A stretch of DNA of 64,000 nucleotides from Bordetella parapertussis (lineage in GTDB: Bacteria > Pseudomonadota > Gammaproteobacteria > Burkholderiales > SG8-41). The stretch lies in the NCBI GenBank assembly GCA_945864585.1, contig CAMBCF010000006.1, positions 3,325 through 67,324 of the forward strand, written 5' to 3'. The position numbers and the translations under genes are program-made. Shown here one piece after another: positions 52,947 to 62,219 of this stretch. Below the pieces are notes generated by a model that was given only the letters and a program-made list of their open reading frames with translations, ran no database searches and was not told the origin of the DNA. Every line of letters starts with the position of its first letter. Position 1 is the first letter of the stretch.

Positions 52947-53936
52947 ATGTATCCCGCAGCGTGGACGCACATAACTGTGATTACGCTGCTGCTCGCGCCA
53001 CTGTCGTGGCTGTTTCGCGCAGTAGTCGCCACGCGCCGTTTTCTATACCAGACGCTCCCTTCGCTCAGCCAGCGGCTGCCGGTACCGGTCATCGTCGTCG
53101 GCAACATCAGCGTGGGCGGCACCGGAAAAACACCGCTGGTGCTGTGGCTGGTCGCCCGTTTGCGTGAAGCCGGCTATCAGCCGGGCATTGTCAGCCGTGG
53201 TTATGGCGGCGCCCATGCACTTGCGCACGCGGTGCATGGCGATAGCGACGCCACGCATTACGGCGACGAAGCGGTTTTGCTGGCGCGGCGAAGCGCTTGT
53301 CCGGTGTGGATCGGCAAAGATCGCGTGGCTGCCGCGCGTGCGCTGCTGGCGGCCAGCCCGCACTGCAACATCATCGTAGCCGATGACGGTCTGCAGCACT
53401 ATCGGCTCGCGCGCACGCTTGAGATCGCGGTCATCGACGGCGCGCGCGGGCATGGCAACGGCTTTATGCTCCCCGCAGGCCCGCTGCGCGAACCGCTGGC
53501 ACGGCTGAACAGCGTGGACGCGGTGGTGGTGCGCGGTGCGGTTGCCGTGCCCAAACCCGCCACCCCACCGCATTTTGCGATGACGCTGGACGCAACAGGA
53601 CTGCGCAATCTGCACGACGCCAGCCTGCATCTTGCCGTTGGCGGCCTGCATGGCCTGCGCGTGCATGCCATTGCCGGCATTGGTAATCCGCAACAGTTTT
53701 TCGATGCCCTCACCCAACTGGGGATTATGCACACGCCGCATGCGTTTGCTGACCATCATCCGTTTAGCGCGTCCGACCTCACATTTGAAAACTGCGATGC
53801 CGTGGTGATGACCGAAAAGGATGCAGTAAAATGCGAACGCTACGCCACCGATACGCATTGGGCGCTGGAGGCTGAAGCAAAGGTGGACGACGCATTGGCG
53901 AAGGTTGTGCTGGACCGCATCAAAAGGAAACGCTGA
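52947..53936 (+). CDS. lpxK: Tetraacyldisaccharide 4'-kinase
   Basis: The P-loop is VIVVGNISVGGTGKTPLVLWL. It sits in the conserved position before ycaR-kdsB. Confidence 0.9.
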   Translation: MYPAAWTHITVITLLLAPLSWLFRAVVATRRFLYQTLPSLSQRLPVPVIVVGNISVGGTGKTPLVLWLVARLREAGYQPGIVSRGYGGAHALAHAVHGDSDATHYGDEAVLLARRSACPVWIGKDRVAAARALLAASPHCNIIVADDGLQHYRLARTLEIAVIDGARGHGNGFMLPAGPLREPLARLNSVDAVVVRGAVAVPKPATPPHFAMTLDATGLRNLHDASLHLAVGGLHGLRVHAIAGIGNPQQFFDALTQLGIMHTPHAFADHHPFSASDLTFENCDAVVMTEKDAVKCERYATDTHWALEAEAKVDDALAKVVLDRIKRKR

Positions 53937-54116
53937 ATGGACGGCAAACTGCTCGACATCCTCGCCTGCCCGCTGTGCAAAGGCCCGCTGGTCTATAAAA
54001 AAACCGAAGCGGAACTCATCTGTAAGCCCTGCCGGCTGGGGTTTCCCATCAAGGATGATATACCGGTGATGCTGGAGGATGAGGCGCGTAAGGTTCCTCC
54101 GTTGGAGGAGCTGTGA
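53937..54116 (+). CDS. ycaR: Trm112/YcaR-family small zinc-ribbon protein
   Basis: My own translation (59 aa, below the track cutoff) gives [59 protein letters not shown]. The ATG follows the lpxK TGA directly. Confidence 0.8.
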   Translation: MDGKLLDILACPLCKGPLVYKKTEAELICKPCRLGFPIKDDIPVMLEDEARKVPPLEEL

Positions 54117-54195
54117 ACGAGTGAACAAGTGAACGGGTAAGTTCCACCCCGCTAAACCCACTCGTTCACCCGTTCACGCCTCTCTGCCCGTTCAC
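54113..54195. repeat. Oligomer-array hairpin element, GTGAACGN octamer type (copy 2)
   Basis: The left arm is GTGAACGA GTGAACAA GTGAACGG GTAAG. The right arm is CCACTCGTTCACCCGTTCACGCC...CCCGTTCAC. It contains the ycaR stop codon and ends at the base before the kdsB ATG. Confidence 0.8.
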
Positions 54196-55056
54196 ATGAA
54201 CTTCACAGTCATCATCCCCGCCCGCTACGCTTCCACGCGTTTTCCCGGCAAGCCGCTGGCGGACGTCGCCGGCAAGCCGATGGTGGTGCGCGTTGCGGCA
54301 CAGGCAGCGAAAAGTGGCGCGCGCGAGGTGATCGTCGCCACCGATCACCCGGAAATCGCGCGGGTGGTGCAGGCCCACGGGTATGCGGCAATGCTGACGC
54401 GCGCGGACCATGCCACCGGCACCGACCGGCTGGCGGAGGTAGCCGCCAAACGGCGCTTCGGCGCGCGCCATGTGGTGGTGAATGTGCAAGGCGACGAGCC
54501 ACTGATTCCACCGGCGCTGATTCGCAGCGTCGCGAAAAGTCTTGCGGCACACAAGGACGCGGCGATTGCCACGGCCTGCCACCCGATTAAAACCGCTGCG
54601 GAATTCGCCAACCCGAACGTGGTTAAAGTGGTGCTCGACAACGCCGGTTATGCGCTTTATTTCAGCCGCGCACCGATACCCTATGCGCGCGACGCGTTCG
54701 CGCGCATCGTAAAATCTTCGCGCGACGCCTCTGCGCGCATCGTAAAATCTTCGCGCGATGCCTCTGCGCGCATCGTAAAATCCCCGCGCGACGCGTTCGC
54801 GCAAGGCATCGCGCAACTACCGCCCAAGCTCCCCGCTTACCGGCATCTGGGCATTTACGCCTACCGCTGCGAATTTCTCATTGCATTCAGGAACATGCAC
54901 CCTGCCGCTATCGAGCAATTTGAAGCGCTCGAACAGTTGCGCGCGATGGCGTACGGCCACCGTATCTGTGTCGCTATCACCCGCGCGGCGCCCCACCCGG
55001 GCGTAGACACACCTGAAGACCTGATGCGCATTGTGGGCCACTACCGCCGCCGCTGA
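54196..55056 (+). CDS. kdsB: 3-deoxy-manno-octulosonate cytidylyltransferase
   Basis: It has the canonical N-terminus [21 protein letters not shown] and RHLGIYAYR. An extra internal repeat brings it to 286 aa. Confidence 0.93.
   Translation: MNFTVIIPARYASTRFPGKPLADVAGKPMVVRVAAQAAKSGAREVIVATDHPEIARVVQAHGYAAMLTRADHATGTDRLAEVAAKRRFGARHVVVNVQGDEPLIPPALIRSVAKSLAAHKDAAIATACHPIKTAAEFANPNVVKVVLDNAGYALYFSRAPIPYARDAFARIVKSSRDASARIVKSSRDASARIVKSPRDAFAQGIAQLPPKLPAYRHLGIYAYRCEFLIAFRNMHPAAIEQFEALEQLRAMAYGHRICVAITRAAPHPGVDTPEDLMRIVGHYRRR
54687..54802 (+). repeat. In-frame 33-bp tandem repeat (about 3.5 copies) inside kdsB
   Basis: The units span 54700-54732, 54733-54765 and 54766-54798 (GCGCGCATCGTAAAATCTTCGCGCGACGCCTCT and variants). 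They encode [11 protein letters not shown] x2 plus [11 protein letters not shown]. Confidence 0.9.
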
Positions 55057-55206
55057 CGGCGGCCAGGTGAGAGTGACTTGGCACGGGCTGCTGCGGTATA
55101 ATCTCTTCATTATTAAAACAAATTTGCCCTTCCGTGCACCGTTTACAACGCGGATAAGTGGCAAGCAGCACTCCTCTAACTCCTTGTTTTATTTCCTCTT
55201 TTAACT

Positions 55207-55872
55207 ATGCGCATTTTGCTGCTTGGTGTGCCCGGCGCCGGCAAGGGCACGCAAGCCCAGTTTTTGATGGCGAAATACAGCATCCCGCAGGTTTCAACGG
55301 GGGACATGCTGCGCAGCGCCGTACGCTCTGCGTCCCCGCTGGGCGTCGAAACAAAACTCTACATGGACAAAGGCGCGCTGGTGCCTGATCAGGTCGTTAC
55401 CGAATTGGTTAAACAACGCATCAAGGCGGCCGACTGTGCCAACGGCTTCATCATGGACGGTTTCCCGCGCACCTTGCCGCAGGCGGAGGCGTTGCGCAAC
55501 GCCGGAATTAATATCGATTACGTGATTGAAGTCGAAGTCGCCGACGAGGAAATTTTACGCCGCATGAGCGGCCGCCGGGTGCATCTGGCGTCGGGACGCA
55601 GCTACCACATCCTGTTCAATCCACCCAAGGTCGCGGGCAAAGACGACCTCAGCGGCGAGCCGCTGGTGCAGCGCGCAGACGACAACGAAGCCACGGTAAA
55701 GGCGCGGCTGGATGTGTATCACGCGCAAACCAAACCGCTGGTGCAGTATTACATCGACTGGGGCAAACGCGGCGACACGCGCGCGCCGAATTACGTCCAT
55801 ATTCAGGGCAAGGGCGATGTCGAAGCGATACGGGATGAAATTTTCGCGGCGCTTGCCAAAAATCATATGTGA
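55207..55872 (+). CDS. adk: Adenylate kinase
   Basis: The N-terminus is [20 protein letters not shown] and it has a LID domain. The product is 221 aa. Confidence 0.96.
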   Translation: MRILLLGVPGAGKGTQAQFLMAKYSIPQVSTGDMLRSAVRSASPLGVETKLYMDKGALVPDQVVTELVKQRIKAADCANGFIMDGFPRTLPQAEALRNAGINIDYVIEVEVADEEILRRMSGRRVHLASGRSYHILFNPPKVAGKDDLSGEPLVQRADDNEATVKARLDVYHAQTKPLVQYYIDWGKRGDTRAPNYVHIQGKGDVEAIRDEIFAALAKNHM

Positions 55873-55875
55873 AAA

Positions 55876-55953
55876 TTGAGTGTTTAGCGCTCAGAGCAAC
55901 CCCGCGATCTGGTGCTACGCCGGACTCTAAACGCTCAACGCCAAACGCTCAAC
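55876..55953. repeat. Imperfect hairpin with a duplicated right arm (AAACGCTCAAC x2)
   Basis: TTGAGTGTTTAGCG (55876-55889) faces CTCTAAACGCTCAA (55925-55938), matching 12 of 14. AAACGCTCAAC is repeated at 55929-55939 and 55943-55953. Confidence 0.45.
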
Positions 55954-55995
55954 AAAAGCACGTTTTTATTTAATGTAATAAGGGAGACGGTTGAC

Positions 55996-58041
55996 ATGAG
56001 TGCATATCAGGGACTGACCATCGCCATTGCCTGCGCGGTGATCGGCATTATCTTCGGCGGCCTGTGGGCGAGGCAGGTCATCAGTCAGCCGGACGGCAAT
56101 GACCGCATGCGCGAAATCGCCGCCGCCATCAGCACCGGCGCCACCGCCTATTTGTGGCGGCAATACAAAACCATCGCCGTCGTCGGTTTGGTGTTGTTTG
56201 TCATCATGATGATTTTTCTGGACAAAGCCACGGCCATCGGCTTTGCCATCGGCGCGATTCTTTCGGGTGCGGCGGGCGTCATCGGCATGAACGTGTCGGT
56301 GCGTGCCAACGTGCGCACCGCCGAAGCCGCACGCACCGGGCTCAATGAAGCGCTGCAAATCGCCTTTCGTGGCGGCGCTATCACCGGCCTGTTGGTCGTC
56401 GGCCTGGGCATGCTCGGCGTCGCGGGCTTTTTCGCGGTGCTGTATCTGGGCATGGAGTATTCGCTCAAGGATGCCGTGCATCCGCTGGTGGGCCTCGCGT
56501 TCGGCGGCTCACTGATTTCGATTTTCGCGCGTCTGGGTGGCGGCATCTTCACCAAAGGCGCCGACGTCGGTGCTGACCTGGTGGGTAAAGTCGAAGCCGG
56601 CATACCCGAAGACGATCCACGCAACCCCGCGGTGATCGCCGATAACGTCGGTGACAACGTCGGCGACTGCGCCGGCATGGCCGCCGACTTGTTCGAGACC
56701 TACGCGGTGACCATAGTCGCCACCATTATTCTCGGTTCGCTGCTGATCACCAAACCCGGCATCGATTTCATTGCGGTGATTTATCCGCTGGCGCTGGGCG
56801 GTGTTTCGATCATCGCCTCCATCATCGGCTGCTACTTCGTTAAAGCCAGACCCGGCGGCAAAATCATGAACGCGTTGTATCGCGGCCTCGCCGTTTCGGG
56901 CGTGCTGGCACTGATCGCGTTCGCCGGCGTGACCTGGACGCTGATGGCCAACATCGGCGTCGATTACCCGCAATACACGCCGATAAAACTGTTCGGTTGC
57001 GCCGTGGTAGGCCTGGTGCTGACCGCGCTGATGGTGGTGATCACCGAGTACTATACCGCCACCGAATACGCGCCGGTGCGTCACGTTGCCGCCGCCTCCA
57101 CCACCGGCCATGGCACCAATATCATCGCCGGTCTGGGCGTCTCCATGCGCTCGACCATGTGGCCGGTGCTGTCGGTATGCGCCGCGATCTACGCTGCGTT
57201 CGCGCTGGCGGGCCTCTACGGCATCGCCATCGCGGCGACGGCGATGCTGTCGATGACCGGTATTATCGTGGCCCTCGACGCCTACGGCCCGATCACCGAC
57301 AACGCCGGCGGTATTGCTGAAATGTCGGGCCTGCCGAAAGAAGTGCGCGCCATCACCGATCCGCTCGACGCGGTGGGCAACACCACCAAGGCCGTCACCA
57401 AAGGCTACGCCATCGGCTCGGCGGGACTTGCCGCACTGGTGCTGTTCGCCGACTACACCCACGCGCTGGAAGCGGCAGGCAAGACCATCACCTTTGATCT
57501 GTCGAACCACATGGTCATCATCGGTCTCTTTATCGGCGGCATGATTCCGTATTTGTTCGGCGCCATGGCGATGGAAGCGGTGGGCCGTGCGGCGGGTTCC
57601 GTGGTGGTCGAAGTGCGCCGCCAGTTCAAAGAAATTCCCGGCATCATGGAAGGCACCGCCAAGCCCGACTACTCGCGCGCCGTGGACATGCTGACCCTCG
57701 CCGCGATCAAGGAAATGATCGTGCCCTCGCTGCTGCCGGTGCTGGTGCCGGTGGTGGTCGGCGTGGTATTGGGCCCGCAGGCGCTGGGCGGCGTGTTGAT
57801 GGGTTCGATAGTTACCGGCTTGTTCGTAGCCATCTCCATGACCACCGGCGGCGGTGCGTGGGACAACGCCAAAAAATACATCGAAGACGGCAACCACGGT
57901 GGCAAAGGCTCCGAAGCCCACAAGGCAGCAGTCACCGGCGACACCGTGGGTGATCCGTATAAAGACACCGCAGGCCCGGCGATTAATCCGTTGATCAAGA
58001 TTATCAACATCGTGGCTCTGTTGATTGTGCCATTGTTGTAA
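55996..58041 (+). CDS. hppA: Membrane-bound proton-translocating pyrophosphatase
   Basis: The ORF is trimmed to ATG 55996. The 681-aa polytopic product carries [54 protein letters not shown] and [14 protein letters not shown]. Confidence 0.95.
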   Translation: MSAYQGLTIAIACAVIGIIFGGLWARQVISQPDGNDRMREIAAAISTGATAYLWRQYKTIAVVGLVLFVIMMIFLDKATAIGFAIGAILSGAAGVIGMNVSVRANVRTAEAARTGLNEALQIAFRGGAITGLLVVGLGMLGVAGFFAVLYLGMEYSLKDAVHPLVGLAFGGSLISIFARLGGGIFTKGADVGADLVGKVEAGIPEDDPRNPAVIADNVGDNVGDCAGMAADLFETYAVTIVATIILGSLLITKPGIDFIAVIYPLALGGVSIIASIIGCYFVKARPGGKIMNALYRGLAVSGVLALIAFAGVTWTLMANIGVDYPQYTPIKLFGCAVVGLVLTALMVVITEYYTATEYAPVRHVAAASTTGHGTNIIAGLGVSMRSTMWPVLSVCAAIYAAFALAGLYGIAIAATAMLSMTGIIVALDAYGPITDNAGGIAEMSGLPKEVRAITDPLDAVGNTTKAVTKGYAIGSAGLAALVLFADYTHALEAAGKTITFDLSNHMVIIGLFIGGMIPYLFGAMAMEAVGRAAGSVVVEVRRQFKEIPGIMEGTAKPDYSRAVDMLTLAAIKEMIVPSLLPVLVPVVVGVVLGPQALGGVLMGSIVTGLFVAISMTTGGGAWDNAKKYIEDGNHGGKGSEAHKAAVTGDTVGDPYKDTAGPAINPLIKIINIVALLIVPLL

Positions 58042-58059
58042 TCGCAGTATCACAATTAC

Positions 58060-58095
58060 AAAACGGGGACGCGGCTGCGTCCCCGTTTTGTTTTG
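58060..58095 (+). terminator. Intrinsic terminator of hppA
   Basis: ACGGGGACGC-ggct-GCGTCCCCGT forms a 10-bp stem and is followed by TTTTGTTTT. Confidence 0.85.
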
Positions 58096-58103
58096 GCCGA
58101 CCC

Positions 58104-58136
58104 GTAGGCCCGGAAGAAGCGCAGCGTATTCCGGGA
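58104..58136. repeat. REP-like hairpin GTAGG-CCCGGAA-gaaGCGCAGCGta-TTCCGGG
   Basis: It has the same GTAGG + stem + GCGCAGCG loop design as 22996-23023. Confidence 0.5.
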
Positions 58137-58184
58137 CAGCATCAGAGCATTGCGCAACGATCCACCACATTGGTCACTTCAAGC

Positions 58185-59453
58185 ATGCATAGCATCAGCA
58201 TTATCGGTGGTGGCCCGGCGGGTTTGATGGCGGCGGAGGTGATCGCCGCCAGCGCCATGCGTAATGTCCGTGTCGATGTTTACGACGCCATGCCATCGGT
58301 CGGACGCAAGTTTCTGATGGCCGGCAAAGGCGGCTTGAACCTCACGCACTCGGAGCCGCTGCAACCCTTCCTCACACGTTATGGCGTCCGGCGCACGCAG
58401 GTCGAACCGTGGCTGGCCGCGTTCGGACCCGAAGCGTTACGCGCATGGACGCACGCGCTGGGGATCACGACCTTCATAGGCTCATCAGGCCGCGTGTTTC
58501 CCAAAGACATGAAAGCCGCGCCGTTGCTGCGCGCGTGGCTGCGGCGGCTGCGCATAGCAGGTGTGGTGTTTCACATGCGTCACCGCTGGCTGGGCTGGAA
58601 CGAAAACGGCACATTGAGCTTCGACACGCCGCAAGGCCCGCTCAATGTGAATGCGGACGCAACCTTGCTCGCACTCGGCGGCGGCAGTTGGGCACGCCTG
58701 GGATCGGATGGCGCGTGGACCTCACTGCTCGCCGCGCGTGGCGTGAGCATCGCACCACTGCGGCCCGCCAACTGCGGCTTTAATTGCGCATGGAGCGAAC
58801 ATTTTCACACGCGTTACGCCGGGCAGCCGCTGAAATCGGTGATGGCGTCGTTCACGGGTGGCGATGGACATCTGCACCGCCGGCAGGGTGAATGCATCAT
58901 CACCGAATCCGGCATCGAAGGCGGCGTGATTTACGCGCTGTCCGCGCTGCTGCGCGACGCAATCGATGCCAGTGGTACATTTGGCAGCGCAACGCTGCAT
59001 CTCGATCTCGCGCCCGGCCGCGATCTGCGACGGCTCACGCGCGACCTGTTGGAGTCACGCGGCAAACGTTCGTTGTCGAACCATTTGCAAAACAAAGCGG
59101 GGATCACCGGTGTGAAAGCCGGGCTGCTGCGTGAGGGCGCGAGTAAAGCAAAACTCGCTGATCCCGAGCAACTCGCCGCGCGCATCAAAGCCTTGCCGCT
59201 AAAGCTCACCGCAACACGTCCGCTGGATGAGGCAATCAGCAGCGCCGGTGGTGTGTCTTTCGATGCGTTTGACGAGAACTTGATGCTGCGCGCAACGCCC
59301 GGTGTTTTTTGCGCCGGCGAAATGCTGGATTGGGAGGCGCCCACTGGCGGCTATCTGCTGACGGCGTGTTTTGCCAGCGGGCGTGTCGCGGGCGCGGGGG
59401 TGGTGAATTGGCTGCGTGACAGCGACATCTGGCGGCCACGCACTCCGCTATAA
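58185..59453 (+). CDS. HI0933/BaiN-like flavoprotein (NAD(FAD)-utilising dehydrogenase family)
   Basis: The FAD fingerprint is ISIIGGGPAGLMAA and it has GRKFLMAGKGGLNLTH. The ORF is trimmed to ATG 58185. Confidence 0.8.
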   Translation: MHSISIIGGGPAGLMAAEVIAASAMRNVRVDVYDAMPSVGRKFLMAGKGGLNLTHSEPLQPFLTRYGVRRTQVEPWLAAFGPEALRAWTHALGITTFIGSSGRVFPKDMKAAPLLRAWLRRLRIAGVVFHMRHRWLGWNENGTLSFDTPQGPLNVNADATLLALGGGSWARLGSDGAWTSLLAARGVSIAPLRPANCGFNCAWSEHFHTRYAGQPLKSVMASFTGGDGHLHRRQGECIITESGIEGGVIYALSALLRDAIDASGTFGSATLHLDLAPGRDLRRLTRDLLESRGKRSLSNHLQNKAGITGVKAGLLREGASKAKLADPEQLAARIKALPLKLTATRPLDEAISSAGGVSFDAFDENLMLRATPGVFCAGEMLDWEAPTGGYLLTACFASGRVAGAGVVNWLRDSDIWRPRTPL

Positions 59454-59492
59454 TCCGCGTTCTGTTTGCTTGCGCAGTCATAATGTAACCCT

Positions 59493-60824
59493 ATGTTTTT
59501 AAACATTTATTTATCATGCCTTGCACTGGGCTTGATTCTATCCTCGCCCTTCGCCGCGATAGCGCAAACGGCGCTGCCGGCGGTGGCGCCGGAAATCGAA
59601 CTGGCGCTGGAGCGCGTGGCCAAACACGCGCCGGTGGTCAAGGCACTGGAGGCAATCAAGGGTAGCGGCGTGCGCATGCTCGAAGAACAGGTGCGCATCA
59701 CTGAAGTGCCCGCGCCGCCGTTCAAGGAGCAGGCGCGCGCCGCTTACTATCTCGGCAAATTAAAAGAAGCCGGCCTCTCCGACGCTTATATCGACCAGGA
59801 AGGCAATGTCATAGGCGTGCGCCGTGGCAACGGCAGCGGGCCCAAGCTGGTAGTGTCGGCACATCTGGATACGGCGTTTCCCGAAGGCACCGATGTCACA
59901 GTGCGCGAAAAAGATGGGCGCTATTACGCGCCCGGCATCGGCGACGATGCTGCCGGGTTAACCACGCTGCTCACGACCCTCGAGCACTTGAATAAATCCG
60001 CGGTGCGCACGGTCGGTGACCTTATGTTTGTCGGCACCGTGGGTGAAGAGGGCCTCGGCGATCTGCGAGGCGTGAAAGCGCTGTTTCGCGAGCACAAGGA
60101 TATCGATGGCTTTATTTCGCTCGATGGCGTGGGTCTGGGTCGCATCGTCAATGCGGCCACCGGCAGCCATCGCTTTAGGGTGAGTTTCAAAGGGCCGGGC
60201 GGGCACAGCTTTTTCGCCTTCGGGCTGCCCAGTGCGATACACGCGATGGGCCGCGCGGTGGCCAGGATCGGTGATCTGGTGCCGCCGAGTAATCCCAAAA
60301 CCACCTTTACCGTCGGCACCGTGCACGGCGGCACCGCGGTCAACGCGATTTCCGGTGACGCCGCCATCGGCATCGACGTACGCTCCAACAGTCATTCTGA
60401 GCTGGTAGATTTCGTCGAAAAAGTAATGGCGGCGATACACCAAGCCGTCGCCGATGAAAACAAGCGCTGGAACGCCAGGGCGCAGATTATCGTGGAGATC
60501 AAGCAAGTGGGCGACCGGCCGGCAGGCAGCACGCCCATCGACGCCAAAATTGTGCAGGCGGCGCGTGCGGCGCTGGCTGCCGTAGGCGTTACGATGCGCT
60601 CAATGGCTGCGAGCACGGACTCCAATCTGCCTATCAGTCTTGGCGTGCCGGCAATCACGCTCTCCTCCAGTGGCCAGGCCGGCGGCAGTCATTCGCTGGG
60701 AGAATGGTATGCACCGGTAAACAACACGCTGGGGCCGCAAAATATTCTGCTGTTGTCTCTGGCGCTGGTGGGCATCGAAGGGGTGAGCGAACCGGTGCTG
60801 GAAAAACGCCCGCCACGACAATGA
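59493..60824 (+). CDS. Secreted M20-family metallopeptidase
   Basis: It has a signal peptide and the motifs VVSAHLDTAF, GIGDDAAGL and GTVGEEGLGDLRG. Confidence 0.85.
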   Translation: MFLNIYLSCLALGLILSSPFAAIAQTALPAVAPEIELALERVAKHAPVVKALEAIKGSGVRMLEEQVRITEVPAPPFKEQARAAYYLGKLKEAGLSDAYIDQEGNVIGVRRGNGSGPKLVVSAHLDTAFPEGTDVTVREKDGRYYAPGIGDDAAGLTTLLTTLEHLNKSAVRTVGDLMFVGTVGEEGLGDLRGVKALFREHKDIDGFISLDGVGLGRIVNAATGSHRFRVSFKGPGGHSFFAFGLPSAIHAMGRAVARIGDLVPPSNPKTTFTVGTVHGGTAVNAISGDAAIGIDVRSNSHSELVDFVEKVMAAIHQAVADENKRWNARAQIIVEIKQVGDRPAGSTPIDAKIVQAARAALAAVGVTMRSMAASTDSNLPISLGVPAITLSSSGQAGGSHSLGEWYAPVNNTLGPQNILLLSLALVGIEGVSEPVLEKRPPRQ

Positions 60825-60853
60825 GCGGCACGCATTACGAATCACGCTGATTT

Positions 60854-61384
60854 ATGACCCAATATTCTCTGGCCGAACGCAAGATTATCACCCGGGGCGA
60901 CTACTGGATCGCGCCCGGTGCGCAAGTCATCGGCTCGGTCATCTTCGAGAACAACGCCAGCGTGTGGTTCAACGCCGTGGTGCGCGGCGACGACGACATC
61001 ATCACTCTCGGCGAGAATTCACAGGTGCAGGATGGCAGCGTGCTGCACGTCGATCCCGGTTTTCCGCTAACGCTGGGCCGCGGCGTGAGTGTCGGCCACA
61101 TGTCCATGCTGCACGGCTGCACCATCGGCGACGGCACTTTGATCGGCATCAAGAGCGTGATCCTGAACGGTGCGAAAATTGGCAGGAACTGCGTGGTCGG
61201 CGCCCATTCGCTGATTCCGGAAAACAAAGTGATCCCCGATGGCTCGCTGGTGATAGGTTCGCCGGGGCGCGTGGTACGCCCGTTGCGGCCGGAGGAGATT
61301 ACATTCTTCAACGATTTCGCCGATCAATACGTCAAACGCTTTAAGCAGTACCAGCGTGAATTAAAAATCGACGGCACGGCATAG
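60854..61384 (+). CDS. Gamma-carbonic-anhydrase-like hexapeptide-repeat protein
   Basis: It has left-handed beta-helix repeats. The stretch NASVWFNAVVRGDDDIITLGENSQVQDGSVLH is characteristic. Confidence 0.88.
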   Translation: MTQYSLAERKIITRGDYWIAPGAQVIGSVIFENNASVWFNAVVRGDDDIITLGENSQVQDGSVLHVDPGFPLTLGRGVSVGHMSMLHGCTIGDGTLIGIKSVILNGAKIGRNCVVGAHSLIPENKVIPDGSLVIGSPGRVVRPLRPEEITFFNDFADQYVKRFKQYQRELKIDGTA

Positions 61385-61388
61385 TTTT

Positions 61389-62219
61389 ATGCAGCTGATT
61401 ATCCAAGGCGCTGAGATCGAAACCAGCGATCTCAAGCAACTCGCGAAATGGAGCTACGCGTCCGCCATCGAGCAGATTTCCGCCTCGGCCTTTCGACTGC
61501 GCGACGCGCAGCCTGCTGCCGAAATCGCCGTGCTGTGTGAGCGCGCACGGCTCGACTTTGCGTTCATTCCCGAACAGCGGCGGCTTGCGGATTTCCGGCT
61601 GCTGGTGATGGACATGGACTCGACACTGATCACCATCGAGACCATCGACGAGCTGGCCGATCTGGTCGGCTTGAAGCCGCAGGTCGCCGCCATCACGGCA
61701 CAGGCAATGCGCGGCGAAATCGAATACAACGAGAGCCTGCAACGCCGCGTGGCGCTGCTCACAGGCCTGGATGAAAGCGCTTTGCGCCGCGTCTACGATG
61801 AGCGGCTGAAGCTCTCGCCGGGCGCAGAAATTCTGCTGGCCGCCGTGAAGAAGCACGGGATAAAAACCTTACTGGTCTCTGGCGGATTCACCCACATCAT
61901 CGAGCTGCTGCAGCCCCGGCTTGGCCTCGACTACACCTATTCAAACACGCTGGGTGTGGCAGGCGGCAAACTCACCGGCGAGGTCATCGGACGCATCGTC
62001 AATGCCGATGCCAAGCGCGATGAATTGTTGCGCGTGGCGGCGTTACTGGGTGTGAAGCGCGAGCAGATCATCGGCATAGGTGACGGCGCGAATGATCTCA
62101 AGTTCATGGCCGAGTGTGGCGTAAGCGTTGCGTATCACGCCAAGCCGATTGTGCGCGGGCAGACCACGCATGCGTTGAATCATGTTGGCCTCGACGGTGC
62201 TGTGAGCCTATTTCACTGA
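61389..62219 (+). CDS. serB: Phosphoserine phosphatase (HAD family)
   Basis: It has LLVMDMDSTLITIETIDELA (DxDST), LLVSGGF and GDGANDL. Confidence 0.88.
   Translation: MQLIIQGAEIETSDLKQLAKWSYASAIEQISASAFRLRDAQPAAEIAVLCERARLDFAFIPEQRRLADFRLLVMDMDSTLITIETIDELADLVGLKPQVAAITAQAMRGEIEYNESLQRRVALLTGLDESALRRVYDERLKLSPGAEILLAAVKKHGIKTLLVSGGFTHIIELLQPRLGLDYTYSNTLGVAGGKLTGEVIGRIVNADAKRDELLRVAALLGVKREQIIGIGDGANDLKFMAECGVSVAYHAKPIVRGQTTHALNHVGLDGAVSLFH

Noticed and set aside
53043-54161. 372-aa minus-strand ORF
   Set aside because: It is antisense to lpxK and ycaR, and the sequence is Arg/His/Ala-rich with no domain pattern. I treat it as a GC-rich shadow ORF.
54977-55171. 64-aa minus-strand ORF with AAGGAG/GAGGA just upstream of its GTG
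   Set aside because: The SD-like strings are simply the complement of the pyrimidine-rich adk leader. The ORF runs antisense into the kdsB 3' end and has no recognisable fold.
56509-58170. 553-aa minus-strand ORF, the longest unexplained ORF in the track
   Set aside because: It lies entirely antisense to hppA, whose product is unmistakable. Its translation is Gly/Arg/His/Asp-rich low complexity. It is a typical shadow ORF of a GC-rich gene.
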